Assembly (NCBI GenBank): GCA_951406725.2
Contig: OX597829.1
Location: 41,664,001 to 41,728,000, forward strand
From: Octopus vulgaris
Taxonomy: Eukaryota
Direction: 5' to 3'
Length of the DNA: 64,000 nt
The notes beneath the pieces are model-generated. The model saw only the letters and a program-made list of their open reading frames with translations. It ran no database searches and was not told the origin of the DNA. A program made the translations under genes and the position numbers. Below are positions 12,290 through 24,790 of this stretch, piece by piece. Position 1 is the first letter of the stretch. The number at the start of each line of letters is the position of its first letter.

Positions 12290-13030
12290 CATCATCATCA
12301 TTTAACATCCGTTTTCCATGCTAGCATGGGTTGGACAGTTCGACCGGGGTCTGGTAAGCCATGGAGGCTGCACCAGGCTCTAGTCTGATTTAGCAGCGTT
12401 TCTACAGCTTGATGCCCTTCCTAACGCCAACCTCCGTGCGTGTAGTGGGTGTTTTTTACATGCCACCAGCACAGGGGCCAGATGAGGCTGGCAAACAGCC
12501 ACGATCAGTTGGTGCTTTTAGGTGCCACCGACACGAACACCAGTCAGGCGGCGCTGGCATCTGCCACGTTCGGACGGTGCTTTTTACATGTCACTGGCAC
12601 AGGTGTCTTAACTACAATTTCCATTTGAATTTTTATTTTGATGTTGATGTACTTGACTCAACAGGTCTCCTCAAGAACAGCGGGTCACTCTACGATCCAA
12701 GGTTAGCACAGCAGGCCATCCTGCGAATATAGACCCAGGAAGAGATGGGATGTGTGAAGCATGACCTTTGTATGTTGGGCCTCACTGAGGCAATGACAGG
12801 AGACTGAGAAGACATGGCAACTAAAGAGAGATAGCTGCTCTGGCAATGATCACGCTCGGATGGTGCTCTTAATACCCTACTAGAATGGGGCTCGAGTGCC
12901 AGTAAGGCGACGCTGGTAACGATCACGCTCGAATGGTGTCTTTGAAGTGCCACAGGCACTGAAGCCGGTTAGCCGCTCTGTCAATGAGCACACTCGTATG
13001 GTGCTCTTTGCACCCTGCTAGCACGGACAC
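12290..13030 (-). mobile_element. Family C repeat, long variant
   Basis: (CAT)n start, reverse-complement body, many internal unit variants. Confidence 0.78.
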
Positions 13031-13347
13031 CAGTCATCGAATTTGATTTTGATAACAAATGTGTAAGTGAAATTGAAACAAGTGCGAAGTAGAAGACACA
13101 TATTATCAACTTCAATTCATGGTCTCAGATCAAATCACATGCCTGACAAGTACACCTTTGAAATATGTATCAAATACTATAAAACAAGGGTTAGTATTTT
13201 GAAATGTATAGTTTGCTGTTTCAATTCTTGGTTGGAGCAACTTCAATTTTTTGTTATATTTTCAATATTTTGGAAACACATGAGTGATACATACTCTTAT
13301 ATCACCAATCTAATAAGTAGTCTATGGATGAAAGAAAATATGCTTAC

Positions 13348-13471
13348 GTTGATGTAATAGTTCGGAATCGTTCTTGGCCAGCAGTGTCCCAAATCTGGAG
13401 TTTGACTTTCTCTCCATTGCATTCTACTGTTCGGATTTTAAAGTCAACTCCTATTGTGGTTATATATGATG
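13348..13471 (-). CDS. Rab35: Rab35-like GTPase, coding exon 3 (124 bp; [41 protein letters not shown])
   Basis: ttttCAG acceptor and GTAAG donor. Encodes switch I (YITTIGVDF) and G3 WDTAGQE. The YITT and NGEKVKLQ segments are Rab35-type. Confidence 0.96.
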
Positions 13472-13704
13472 CTGAAAATATATTTTAAACGAAAATTTGA
13501 TAACATAAAAAAATAATAATTTATTATGTATGTGTGTGTGTACTTATGTATATATATACACGTTTTTATTATTATTTGTTGCAATTTACTTAATCATTGA
13601 CATTTTATTGTTATTTTAATTTTAATATTTCTATTATATGTAATTTTCTAGATGGTGTATTTTAATTGTTCATTTTGAATTGATAAAAATTGGGGTTTTT
13701 TCTA

Positions 13705-13755
<51 letters not shown>

Positions 13756-13865
13756 TGTGTGAAATTTGATTTAGTATTTCTAAATTGAATTTTCTTCCTT
13801 GTAAGTTTGGATTTTATTCTCTCAAATAATAAATAAATATAAATATATATATATATATAAATCAA

Positions 13866-14178
13866 TTGCAATTTTATTCAACAAGTTCCCCTCTCAGATT
13901 CACTCAATTATTGCAGCAGTCCTTCAGTTTATCTAAGTCCTGTAAAAGAACTCAGAAAGTTGGGCCTCCAAACAAGCCTTTCGTGATATCCTTAAAGCCA
14001 GGATCTTTTCAGTAACCCCTCATATATGAGTTCTTTTATAGGGTGTATAAAAACTGAAGGACCTCTGCAATGAATGAGTGAATCTGAGAGGAGAATATGT
14101 TAAATAAAATTGTAATTAACTGATCCTCTTGTAGTTTCTTTTACCCAAAGTCAGGAACTTTTCAGCACACCCTTATAC
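13866..14178. mobile_element. Mariner-like MITE remnants
   Basis: Two related terminal-like ends (..GGATCTTTTCAGTAACCCCTCATA and ..GGAACTTTTCAGCACACCCTTATA) plus mutually inverted segments resembling a mariner C-terminus (NLRGEYV). Confidence 0.45.
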
Positions 14179-14188
14179 ATATCTATAT

Positions 14189-14305
<117 letters not shown>

Positions 14306-14440
14306 CAAGAAAACAAATAGAAAGAGGAGGAAGAGAGAGAGGAGTGCATTTCAGAAAATTAAAATATTAAAGGGGGGAAAAAAAATATTCACAATAGCTA
14401 CTGTCCTTATGTGCAATATATATATATATTTAAAAAAAAA

Positions 14441-15010
14441 TTTTTTTTTATCTAGTTTCAGCTCACAAGCTGTGGCCATGCTGGGGCACCGCCATTTGGT
14501 GTTGCTACATGATTTTACTTCACGAATGCTTTTTAGCAATTGCCATTTGGTGCATGAGAGAGTTCGATGCAGCTGCCCTCATCTGCACTTCCTGCCGTGA
14601 AGTTGGTTCATCTGGGACACCTGACAAGAAGAGATCCAGTTTTATTTTAAAGACATCTGCATCCACCCCATGCAGGTCTCTTAGGTTCTTCGGGAGGATA
14701 TTGAAGAGCTGTGGGCCTCGGAAGCCCAGGCTATCACAGTATCTTGTCCTACATCTTGATGGCAAATTTGGAGTCCTTGGCACTATGCAGTGGCACCCAG
14801 TTCTGGCATTTGTGTAACTCTCGATGCCAAAGTTTGGGACAAGTCCTTCTAGGATCTTCCAGATGTATATTATGGCATATCTTTCTCGCCTACGCTCTAA
14901 GGAATAGAGTCTTAATCTCTTGAGTCTTTCCCAATAGCTTATATGCTGCACAGAGGCTATCTTCTTCGTGTAGCTTCGTTGGATTGCCTCAAGTTCTGTG
15001 ATTAACTTGA
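14441..15010 (-). mobile_element. 5'-truncated CR1/L2-group LINE (ORF2 C-terminus, 3' UTR, A tail)
   Basis: ORF 14520..14951: YWERLKRLRLYSLERRRERY..WKILEGLVPN..RGPQLFN.LP..FK.KLD.FL..VPDEP..SNSL. Confidence 0.88.
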
Positions 15011-15741
15011 CATATATATATATATATATAGCTGTAGAGTTTCAATTTATTCTGTGAACAATCTCACTGACTTGTAAAATGATTCCAATAGACTAGCAAG
15101 TGTAAGAGTGCAGAGAGATACATGAATTCTGATTACCTCAAAATATTATAGATTTATTGCTTAAGCACATTTGAGTAATTCTCATCTACTCAATGCTTTT
15201 ATATGTTTTTTTTTTCTTTCTAGAAAACATTGGTCATGCAATCATGAGCAATAGTTTCAATATACTGATTTCAAATTTTGGCAGAAGGCCAGCACCGTCA
15301 GGGGAGGAATTAAATGCATTACATCAACCCCAGTGTTCAACTGGTACTTTATTTTATTAACTCCAAGAGGATGAAAAGTGAAATTGGTGGAATTTTAACA
15401 CAAAATGTAAAGACAGGCAAGCTAACAATTCTGCCTGTTTACCACTTTAGAATTTTGATGTATTAAGTTGTGTAAGGAATCATCATGAGACTGAAGATGA
15501 AAAAAAATGGGTAAGGGATGCATGTGACACATTTCATGAATTTTTGCTCCTTCATCAGAACCCATCCAACCCATTAATTATCCCATGAACTCATTGCTTA
15601 AATAGCCATTAAATACAGTGGTGTAACATTACTGGATGGACCAATTTTACATGTAAAACACAGTCCTGGAAGCTGGTTCACAAATATTAATGACTTGCAG
15701 GGGTGCAGTATTTTGTTATGCAACCATAATTTCTAAAGAAT

Positions 15742-16110
15742 ATCATCATCATCGCTTAATGTCCGGTTTTCCATGCTAGCATGGGTTGGACGGTTCGACC
15801 GGGGTCTGGGAAGCCAGGAGGCTGCACCAGGCACCAGTCTGATCTGGCAGTGTTTCTACAGCTGGATGCCCTTCCTAATGCCAACCACTCCGTGAGTGTG
15901 GTGGGTGCTTTTTACGTGCCAGACATGGCTGGCAACGGCCACGATCGGCATGTGATTTTTACGTGCCACCGGCGCGGAGGCCGGTCGAGGCGGCACTGGC
16001 ATCGACCATGTTCAGATGGAGCTTTTTACATGCCACCGGCACTGGTATCACAACTACAACTTCCATTGATTTTTGATCGATTTTGATTTCACTTGCCACA
16101 ACAGGTCTTC
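15742..16110 (-). mobile_element. Family C repeat
   Basis: Reverse-complement match to the family C body. Confidence 0.78.
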
Positions 16111-16202
16111 GCAATATCTGTAGAAATAATCTTAACAGGTGATGTAAGAGTAGTGCTAACACAGTGGAACACAGTGTTGACTTAGAAAAACATTTAATTT
16201 AC

Positions 16203-16428
16203 TTTACTTTTACTTGTTTCGGTCATTTGACTGTGGCCATAATGGAGCACCGCCTTTAGTCGAGCAAATCGACCCCATGACTTATTTTTTGTAAGCCTAG
16301 TACTTATTCTATCGGTCTCTTTTGCCGAACCGCTAAGTTACGGGGACGTAAACACACCAGCATCAGTTGTCAAGTGATGTTGGGGGTACAGACACAAACA
16401 TACACACACACACACATATATATATATA

Positions 16429-16472
<44 letters not shown>

Positions 16473-16638
16473 CATATATACGACGGGCTTCTTTCAGTTT
16501 CCATCTACCAAATCCACTCACAAGGCTTTAGTAGGCCCGAGGCTGTAGCAGAAGACACTTGCCCAAGGTGCCACGCAGTGGGACTGAACCCGGAACCATG
16601 TGGTTCGTAAGCAAGTTGCTTACCACACAGCCACTCCT
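16203..16638 (-). mobile_element. SINE family A copy
   Basis: Same head, body and tail as 22578-22998. Confidence 0.83.
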
Positions 16639-16970
16639 CTCAATCATCCTGTTTTAATTTGGATATCATCAAAGATTTTGAATGTGAAAGGTACATTATT
16701 CTTTTTTCAATAAGAATATATCTTGAAATCAATAGCTTGATGTTTTAAAATAATGTTACATGATGTTAAAATCTAATGGTAATATTTCAGTTTGGAAGAG
16801 AATAAGACATGTTCTGTTTTTTGTATAACTTAAGATTTGGTGTCCCTAACATAAAAGTAGCAGACAGGAAAATTAACAAGGATATAACAAAATGTTGTTA
16901 AAATTCAAGTACAACGAAGGTGAAAATAAGATCTTGGAAGGATTTCTGGATTAAACATTCCATATAACCC

Positions 16971-17583
16971 CTCATAACTTTTTTTTGTCTTTTTTGGAAT
17001 TTTCAGAAAATTTTTCTGAATTTGCTTTCTACACATAGGAATTCATATGATTATGCAAAAACCAAAATATTTTGTGTGTGTGTGATTTAAGGGCTATTTG
17101 GCTGTTATTTTTAACACATCTCACAACCACCTGATACCCTCCTCATTTTTTCTGTCACTCTGATTTATCAATTGCAGAGTGGAAGGTCTTTATAAGCCAT
17201 TTAAGAAACACATAAAATCCGTTAGACTCACTTCAACATTTAAATTTAATTTGTCAAAATATGTTCGTCGCTTTGAGATCGCAACCTGTTCATTGACAAA
17301 CTTCGCTATGCAAGTACATCTCAGTGATTTATCAATGTTTTTCAATATCTTTCTCTCCATAAACAGATTTAATAGAATTTTGCTGAAATTTAAGCAAAAA
17401 AACTCAGACTGTCTATATTTTAAACACTTAATTTTTCAAATTTTTAAAAATCAAAGAAAATTTTTTTAATTCAAAAAATTTTTTAAAAGAATGTTTTCCT
17501 CCTAATCATATGAATTCCTGTATGTAGGATGCAAATTCAAAAAAAAATTCTGAAAATTTCCCAAAATAAAAAAGGTTATGAGT
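16971..17583. mobile_element. Element with ~80-bp imperfect terminal inverted repeats (DNA transposon/MITE-like)
   Basis: CTCATAACTT...GGAATTCATATGATTA (16971-17053) is the imperfect reverse complement of TAATCATATGAATTCC...GGTTATGAG (17504-17583). Confidence 0.55.
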
Positions 17584-18040
17584 ACAACATGGTTATGAGT
17601 TCAAATCTTACTAATGTCTTAATTATGTTGTATTCTTGCACAAGAATTATGCTGTATTCTTGTACAACAACACAATCTGCATACTACACATTCATGTTTT
17701 CTTCACAGAATATGGGAATGGTGTTTAACTGTAAAAACAATTCGCCAAACCTAATTTATTCTGTACATTTTAATATAAAATGGGTTGTGAGCTGTCAAAA
17801 CAACTTGTCAAATAAAAATCCCTCAAGCCTCACTAACATGATAAAATGTGTACCCTTTCCTCACCTAAGAGAAAAAAAAATATTAAAATAAATCTATACA
17901 CTAATAATTAATGTTTACCTTACATTTGAATAAATTGTTATTAGACTCTATTCCCTTTAAACACAAAACAGAAGACTGTAACATAAACATATAAGTAAAG
18001 TTAATCACCACATCAATATGGCTGTTTAATGTTACTATTA

Positions 18041-18375
18041 GGTACATGACTCAGTGGCTAGAGCATCGAGCTTACGATCATGAGGTTGTGAGCTCGAATC
18101 CCGGACTGGGCTGTGTGTTGTGTTCTTGAGCAAGACACTTTATTTCACGTTGCTCCAGTTCACTCAGCTGTAAAAATGAGTTGCGACATCACTGGTGCCA
18201 AGCTCTGTCGGCCCCTTTGCCTTTCCCTTGGATAATCTCAGTGGTGTGGAGAGGGGAGGCTGGTATGCATGGACGACCGCTGGTCTTCTATAAACAACCT
18301 TGCCCGGACTTGTGCCTGGGAGGGTAACTTTCTAGGTATAATTCCATGGTCAGTCATGACCAAAGGGGGTCTCAA
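18041..18375 (+). mobile_element. SINE family E (tRNA head plus CORE-like CTTGAGCAAGACAC segment)
   Basis: TSD AATGTTACTATT at 18028-18039 and 18376-18387; related minus copies at ~44850-45165 and ~60785-61116. Confidence 0.8.
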
Positions 18376-18837
18376 AATGTTACTATTGTTTTAACTCCAG
18401 GCAGATCTTTTGCCAGCTGGTTATAGGTGCAGCCTGCCCACTGTATATATTGCAAGCAGGGGAGCGGACCCTTACAGCTGTCCAGTAAATGATGTCCAGT
18501 AAATCACGAGACCGAGTTGGTTTTGCTCATCCTCAGTCGCAAACACCCTGTCACTAGAGAGATGGCCACAGTCCACTTCAGCTACTAATATACAGAAAAC
18601 AAAGTGGCCATCGGTCACTGGCTTGCAACAAAAAAGTATCTAGCTGTAAAATTTCAATAAGAAATCAGAGCAGTAACTATACTAACAAGTAAAGTTGATC
18701 ACCACATCAATATGGCTGTTCAATGTTACTACTAGTTTAACCCTAGGCAGATCTTCCTCCAGTTGCACCCTGTAGAATAGTTACTACACTCATCTCAGTT
18801 TTGTTTTAGAATTTAGACAGTTTTGTTCTAAACAAAA

Positions 18838-18875
18838 CTGTCTGATGAATGGAAACGTGAAACTCTGAGTAACAG
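18838..18875 (+). ncRNA. Minimal type I hammerhead ribozyme motif (GUA site)
   Basis: CTGT-CTGATGA-ATG-gaaa-CGT-GAAA-CTC-t-GAG-TA-ACAG: all core nucleotides and three stems present. Confidence 0.7.
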
Positions 18876-18983
18876 CTTTCATGATATTTTCCCTGCTTTT
18901 TAATAAAGCATATTACTCTACTTCTGGTATTCAGGTACTATTTTTACCACCTTGTTTTGCACTTATGTGCTTACCCCGCTGTA

Positions 18984-19066
<83 letters not shown>

Positions 19067-19289
19067 ATACACACACACACACACATACACACATGACAGG
19101 CTTTTTTTCAGTTTTTGTCTCCCAAAATCTACAGAAAAGGCTTCGGTCAGCCCGAAGTTATAGAAAAAGACACTTGCCCAAGCTGCCATGCAGTAGGACT
19201 GAGCCCAGAACCATATGGTTGGAAAGAAAGCATCTTACCACACAGCCACGCCTGTACCTATGTATATAATTTTCTTATTATTATTACCA

Positions 19290-19630
19290 CCAATCAACAA
19301 AAAGGCTGGCCAGGCAGCAAAAACCCTGCGAGAATCAAGTCTGTTGGTTCGAGGAGCACAACTATTCAACTCCATTCCGGTACATGTCAGAAATCTATCA
19401 GGATGCAGTGTGGAATCATTCAAATTGCAGCTGGATAGATACTTAAGCACCATTAGAGATGAACCCCATCTCCCAGGATATACACAACGAGCACAAACTG
19501 ACTCAAACTCGCTCCTACACATGTCAAAATTAAACAGAGAATACAACCTGGCAACCACACCAGACTCTGAGGGTGGAGTTTTCGACTTGGCCTGAGCATG
19601 GACTCCAACTCAAATGAAATGAAATGAAAC
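19290..19630 (+). mobile_element. 5'-truncated CR1/L2-group LINE fragment (second family)
   Basis: ORF 19215..19595: RGAQLFNSIP..RNLSGCSVESFKLQLDRYLSTIRDEP.LPGY..SNSL. (GAAAT)n tail ends about 37 bp from the exon 2 donor. Confidence 0.82.
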
Positions 19631-19667
19631 AAATGTAGGATTAGCAAATATCCACATTAATACTCAC

Positions 19668-19718
19668 GAGAAAATGTATTTTCAGCAAACCTCAATAATA
19701 GGCAACTTTTACCAACAC
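19668..19718 (-). CDS. Rab35: Rab35-like GTPase, coding exon 2 (51 bp; P-loop GVGKSCLLLRFAENTFS)
   Basis: Minus strand: ccAG acceptor, GT GTT GGT AAA AGT TGC CTA TTA TTG AGG TTT GCT GAA AAT ACA TTT TCT C, then GTGAG donor. Phase 1/1, joins the next exon in frame (C+CA=Pro). Confidence 0.93.
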
Positions 19719-19936
19719 CTGGAATTACAAGACAAGAATTTTTAAGTACTTAAAAGGCAAAAAAAAAAAAAAAAGAAGGTAAAAAAAAGAAGTGAATGGC
19801 ATTTGTCTCATTATTTTATTTACTTGTAGAAGATAGCAAGTTGGCAGGAATGGTAAAAATGCAAAACTAAATGTTTCACAGTATCACCTAGATCAGTAGA
19901 ACGTGACAAAACAAATTATACTCAATGTCAGCAAAC

Positions 19937-19974
<38 letters not shown>

Positions 19975-20034
19975 TAATTTCGTTTTTGGATTTGGTTTGC
20001 AAGATTCTTTATATGAGTTCATGTGTTGAAGCAT

Positions 20035-20270
20035 ATTTTGTTGTGTCTGGGGAGAGTCATTTTCTTTTTGTGCCGCCTTATGTAACACACTCACCAGTAA
20101 AATTTCCACTTTTTTTTCTTATTTTTATTAGTCAAAACTATTGAAAAGGTTGCAAGACGCAACGAAAATTTTAGGACAATAAAAATAAGAAAAAAAGTGG
20201 AAATTTTACCGGTGAGTGTGTTACATAATAAGGCACAAAAAGAAAATGACTCTCCCAGACACAACAGAAT
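20035..20270. repeat. Inverted repeat with ~97-bp arms, embedded in (TAA)n
   Basis: 20035-20133 versus 20175-20270, a few mismatches and indels. Confidence 0.88.
20138..20174 (+). ncRNA. Hammerhead-like motif with U3-A8 core variant, in the spacer of an inverted repeat
   Basis: CTA-TTGAAAA-G-GTTGC-aagac-GCAAC-GAAA-AT-TT-TAG. Perfect 5-bp stem II, palindromic AATT stem III, only 3-bp stem I. Confidence 0.4.
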
Positions 20271-22577
20271 AATAATAATTATAATAAAAGATCAAACAGT
20301 TAAAGAATTCTACGTTGTTAGGAAGAGATTTCTAACGGCAAGTTAGTTGTGTTCGTCTGTTCTTCTGAGTTCAAAATTCATCCAAACTGCAGAGAATACA
20401 AACTGCCAGTAATATACTACTAAGAGCATTTTATCATCATCATCATCGCTATTATTTTAATGTCTGTTTTTTTTCATACTTGCTTGGGATGGACAGAACT
20501 TGTTGAAGTAGGTTTTTTTTTTTCATTTTACAGTCAGTTTTGAAACAAATTAATATTTACTTCATGGCTGGACATGATTCCATGGAAGGCAGGAGATGGA
20601 TGACATTGTTTGTGTGACAGCGATACCACCATCACATGATACAAAAGACAAGAAAACACACACACACACACACACAAAAGGCTTCTTTCACACACACAAC
20701 AGGCTTAATATATCCACACACAAGGCTTTGTTTGGCCCCGAGCTATAGTAAATTACTCTTGCCTAAGCTGCCAAGCAGTGGGGCTGAACCCAAAATCACA
20801 TGGTTAAGAACAAACTTCTTAACCACACAACCATATCTGTGTTCCAGCCTAGCACCCACTACACTCTCGAAGTGGTTGGCGTTAGGAAGGGCATCCAGCT
20901 GTAGAAACTCTGCCAGATCAAGATTGGAGCCTGGTGCAGCCGTCTGGTTCGCCAGCCCTCAGTCAAAATCATCCAACTCATACTAGCATGGAAAGCAGAC
21001 GTTAAACGATGATGATGATGATGATGATGAGGTGCAAACTCTTGTTTTTTTGGGGGGAAGGGTAGTAGTAATGGTGGAGAAGATAGTATGGTTGATTAAA
21101 TCAATTCCAGTACTTGACAAGTACTTTATTTCACTGACTCAGGTATGAAAGGCAAACTTGGCTTTAGTAGGAATTGAACCTAGAACATAAAGGTTAATAA
21201 GTGCTCCAAGACATTTTGTCTGACACATTCAGTTTTCTGCCAATCTTTGTCTTCTAAATATCATCTCACTATGCCTTTCATCCTTCTGGGACCCATAATA
21301 ATCAAGTACTGTTCAAGTAGAGGAATTTATATAATTGACGATACCCATTCCCTAAATCCAAAGCCTTTAGACAAATTCTGGTCAGTCTTCTGGAGTAGCT
21401 CCGTTGCATGACCTTTAGAGACCCCTTGCATCATTTTGTTTCAAGGTCCCATCCCTTCAATCAAAATTCATAATCTATGCACCTTTTATTCATAGCTATA
21501 TTTATTTCTTTACTACCCACAAGGGGCTAAATACAGAGAGAACAAACAAGGACAGACAAACGGATTAAGTCGATTACATCAACTCCAGTGCGTAACTGGT
21601 ACTTAATTTATCGATCCCAAAAGGATGAAAGGCAAAGTCGACTTCGGCGAAATTTGAACCCAGAACGTAAAGACAGACGAAATACGGCTACGCATTTCGC
21701 CTGGCGTGCTAACATTTCTGCCAGCTCGCCGCCATAGCTATATTTTACTTTAGTCAATCTGAAGTTCAATATTTCACGTTATCCTAAAGAACATTTTTAA
21801 AAGTACAAGTTAAATTTATTTAGGTCTATTACAAATTTCAATAGGTAAAATTTCCTGATATGAATAAAAGAGCACTTTTCAAAGACAACCACAGTGCATT
21901 TTTTGCTTTGCAAAATCATCGATCAGTTCAGAATAATTAAGCCGAGGGCTAAGTTCATGTTCAATAGATATCAAAGACAACCCAGAAAGTCTGCTACACG
22001 TTCGTGGTACAATGTAATATTTTTACAAGAACTTTTACAGGTACAATGTATTACCATTTTATTTCTTGAAATTTTCAGTTAACATAGTTTAATTCTTGTT
22101 CAAAATCTTAACCAAAGTAAATAGATGACTCATCTACGTACTTTGATTTTAACATGAGGCTCCTCATCCGTGGAGGCCCCTTGTGACTGCAGGGGCTTAG
22201 TGACGGTCCTGTTCTTATTTCTTTATTGCCCACAAGGGGCTAAACATAGAAGGGACAAGGAGAGACAAAGGGATTAAGTCGATTACATCGACCCCAGTGT
22301 GTAACTGGTACTTAATTTATTGACCCCGAAAGGATGAAAGGCAATGTCGACCTCGGCGGAATTTGAACTCAGAATGCAGTGCCAAACGAAATATTGATAA
22401 GCATTTCGCCTGGCGTGCTAATGATTCTGCCAGTTCGCCGCCTAATGACAGCCCTGTTCTGGAGTCATTCTAAGGTCTGGTAAATACATGGTACGGTATT
22501 CATTGCAGAGAAAGTTTAATAAATATCAAGACATGTCTGAAATTGTCACTTATTTGACAAAGACAAGATCCAGTCTC

Positions 22578-22790
22578 TTACTCTTTACTCTTTTACTTGT
22601 TTCAGTCATTTGACTGCGGCCATGCTGGAGCACCGCCTTTTTTTTCTTTTAGTCAAGCAAATCGACCCCGGGACTTATTCTTTGTAAGCCCAGTACTTAT
22701 TCTATCGGTCTCTTTTGCCGAACCGCTAAGTGACGGGGACGTAAACACACCAGCATCTGTTGTCAAGCAATGCTAGGGGGACAAACACAA

Positions 22791-22821
<31 letters not shown>

Positions 22822-22998
22822 CATACATATATACGACAGGCTTCTTTCAGTTTCCGTCTACCAAATCCACTCACAAGGCATTGGTCGGCCCGGGGCTATA
22901 GCAGAAGACACTTGCCCAAGATGCCACGCAGTGGGACTGAACCCGGAACCATGTGGTTGGTTAGCAAGCTACTTACCACACAGCCACTCCTGCGCCTG
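22578..22998 (-). mobile_element. SINE family A, well-preserved copy (tRNA-like head, internal (TA/CA)n, CR1-like tail)
   Basis: Head GGCGCAGGAGTGGCTGTGTGG...GGTTCAGTCCC; tail GGCGGTGCTCCAGCATGGCCGCAGTCAAATGACTGAAACAAG. Other copies at about 4383-4770, 7935-8330, 8640-8880, 19094-19258, 25138-25770, 28995-29316, 30830-31073, 35790-36530, 44430-44578, 51085-51392, 58945-59355. Confidence 0.85.
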
Positions 22999-23300
22999 CA
23001 CTCTTCTGCATGTTTTCATTTAATTTTTTATCAATTTAAAATTTTCTCCCTTGCATTTCTTGATAAGAACTACCATGAACATTGTCCATCCCCCCAACCC
23101 CCATCTCATTACAGATATAATTTCAACTGATTTAAAATCCATTTTGCTTCATTACATTACTTAAGTAAAACCCATGCTTACTTACACATTATCCATGCAG
23201 AAGGCAGCCCTGGCAAATTTTCCTGCCAAACAATCAGTCAGTCAGTAACTACAACAATAACAAACTAGCCAACCAATCAAAACACAGATTAATAGTCATT

Positions 23301-23331
<31 letters not shown>

Positions 23332-23906
23332 CAGCAGCAGCAGTTATTACTGTTTGAACTGTTAACTATTTGCCTGTAGTTGCTGACTCTTCACTGAAGA
23401 CATGTACAACTTTTCTAATTAAATGTAACTTTTTTGAAGATATTCCTGATGTTGAAAATATTGGATATAATTGTGCTCAACTTTGCCTCACATACTTCAG
23501 AGGTAAATAAAATCTAACAATTATGCCAGTCTAGTGGAACCACGAGAGTCAAATGGAATGTTTTGCAGTATTTGATCCAATTTTTTTTATCATTGCTGAC
23601 TTTCAAATCTTGCTTTGGCCTATTTAGGTCATTTGACATAACTTTCTAACATTCAAACCAGAAATATCTGGACCAAATATTCTACCTGCTTTAGGTTGAA
23701 ACCATCCAGATCAAGCCTCTCACACCTATCCCACAATGTCAATCTAAAAGTAAACTACCACATCATCAAAATCCCAAAGCTATGAGATTACTTCAAACCA
23801 ATGTGAATGAAGGAATCAGAGTTGTTAAAACTGTATTGACCGAGTAAATGTAAAATCTATTATGAGCTTGTACTAATCTATGTTAAAGGTCCCAAGTTTA
23901 CAAATA

Positions 23907-24790
23907 CTATTTCTTTACTACCCACAAGGGGTTAAAAAACAGAGAGGACAAATAAGGACAGATAAATGGATTATGTCGATTATATCGACCCCAGTGCGTA
24001 ACTGATACTTATTTAATCGACTCCTGAAAGGATGAAAGGCAAAGTCAACCTCGGCGGAATTTGAACTCAGAACGTAAAAACAGACGAAATACTGCTAAGC
24101 ATTTCGCCCGGCATGCTAATGATTCTGCCAGCTCCCCGCCTTAAGTTTACAAATACTAATTTGAAAATAATCAAATCAGACTGAAGTGCATCTATCAATT
24201 AAGGCAATGAGCAGGCAGAATTGTTAGCATGTCAAACAAAATGCTTAGCGGCATTTCTTCCATCTTTACATTCTGAGTTCAAATTCCGCCGAAGTCGACT
24301 TTGCCTTTCATCCTTTCAGGGTCGATTAAATAAGTACCAGTTACGCACTGGGGGTCGATGAAATCAACTTAATCTGTTTGTCTGTCCTTGTTTGACTCCT
24401 CTGTGTTTAGCCCCTTGTGGGTAGTAAAGAAATAGGTATTTCTTCCCTCTTTACATTCTGAGTTCAAATTCCGCTGAAGTCGACTTTGCCGTTCATCCTT
24501 TCAGGGTCGATTAAATAAGTGCCAGTTACGCACTGGGGGTCGATGAAATCAACTTAATCTGTTTGTCTGTCCTTGTTTGTCTCCTCTGTGTTTAGCCCCT
24601 TGTGGTTAGTAAAGAAATAGGTATTTCTTCCATCTTGACATTCTGAGTTCAAATTCTGCAGAAATCGACTTTGTTATCCATCCTTTCGCGGTTGATAAAA
24701 TAAGTACCAGTTGAGCAGTGGAGTTGATGTAATCGACTTACTCCGCTCTCCCAATCTTGCTGGACTTGTGCAAAAATTTGAAACCAATTT
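23907..24790. mobile_element. Cluster of family B SINEs: one minus copy plus a plus-strand trimer
   Basis: Minus copy 23907-24142 has TSD AAGTTTACAAATACTA. Plus-strand units at 24201-24790 are joined at AAAGAAATA|GGTATTTC. Confidence 0.82.

Noticed and set aside
15522-15562. Minus-strand CTGATGA...GAAA hammerhead-like remnant
   Set aside because: Stems I and II pair poorly; at best a decayed copy.
17830-17880. Strong minus-strand acceptor (poly-pyrimidine plus TAG) in intron 2 leading to an early stop
   Set aside because: Such motifs are common in T-rich introns; it cannot be called a poison exon without RNA data.
23170-23200. Minus-strand ATG followed by a GTAAG donor as an alternative first exon
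   Set aside because: It would remove the first beta strand and part of the P-loop, and there is no other support.
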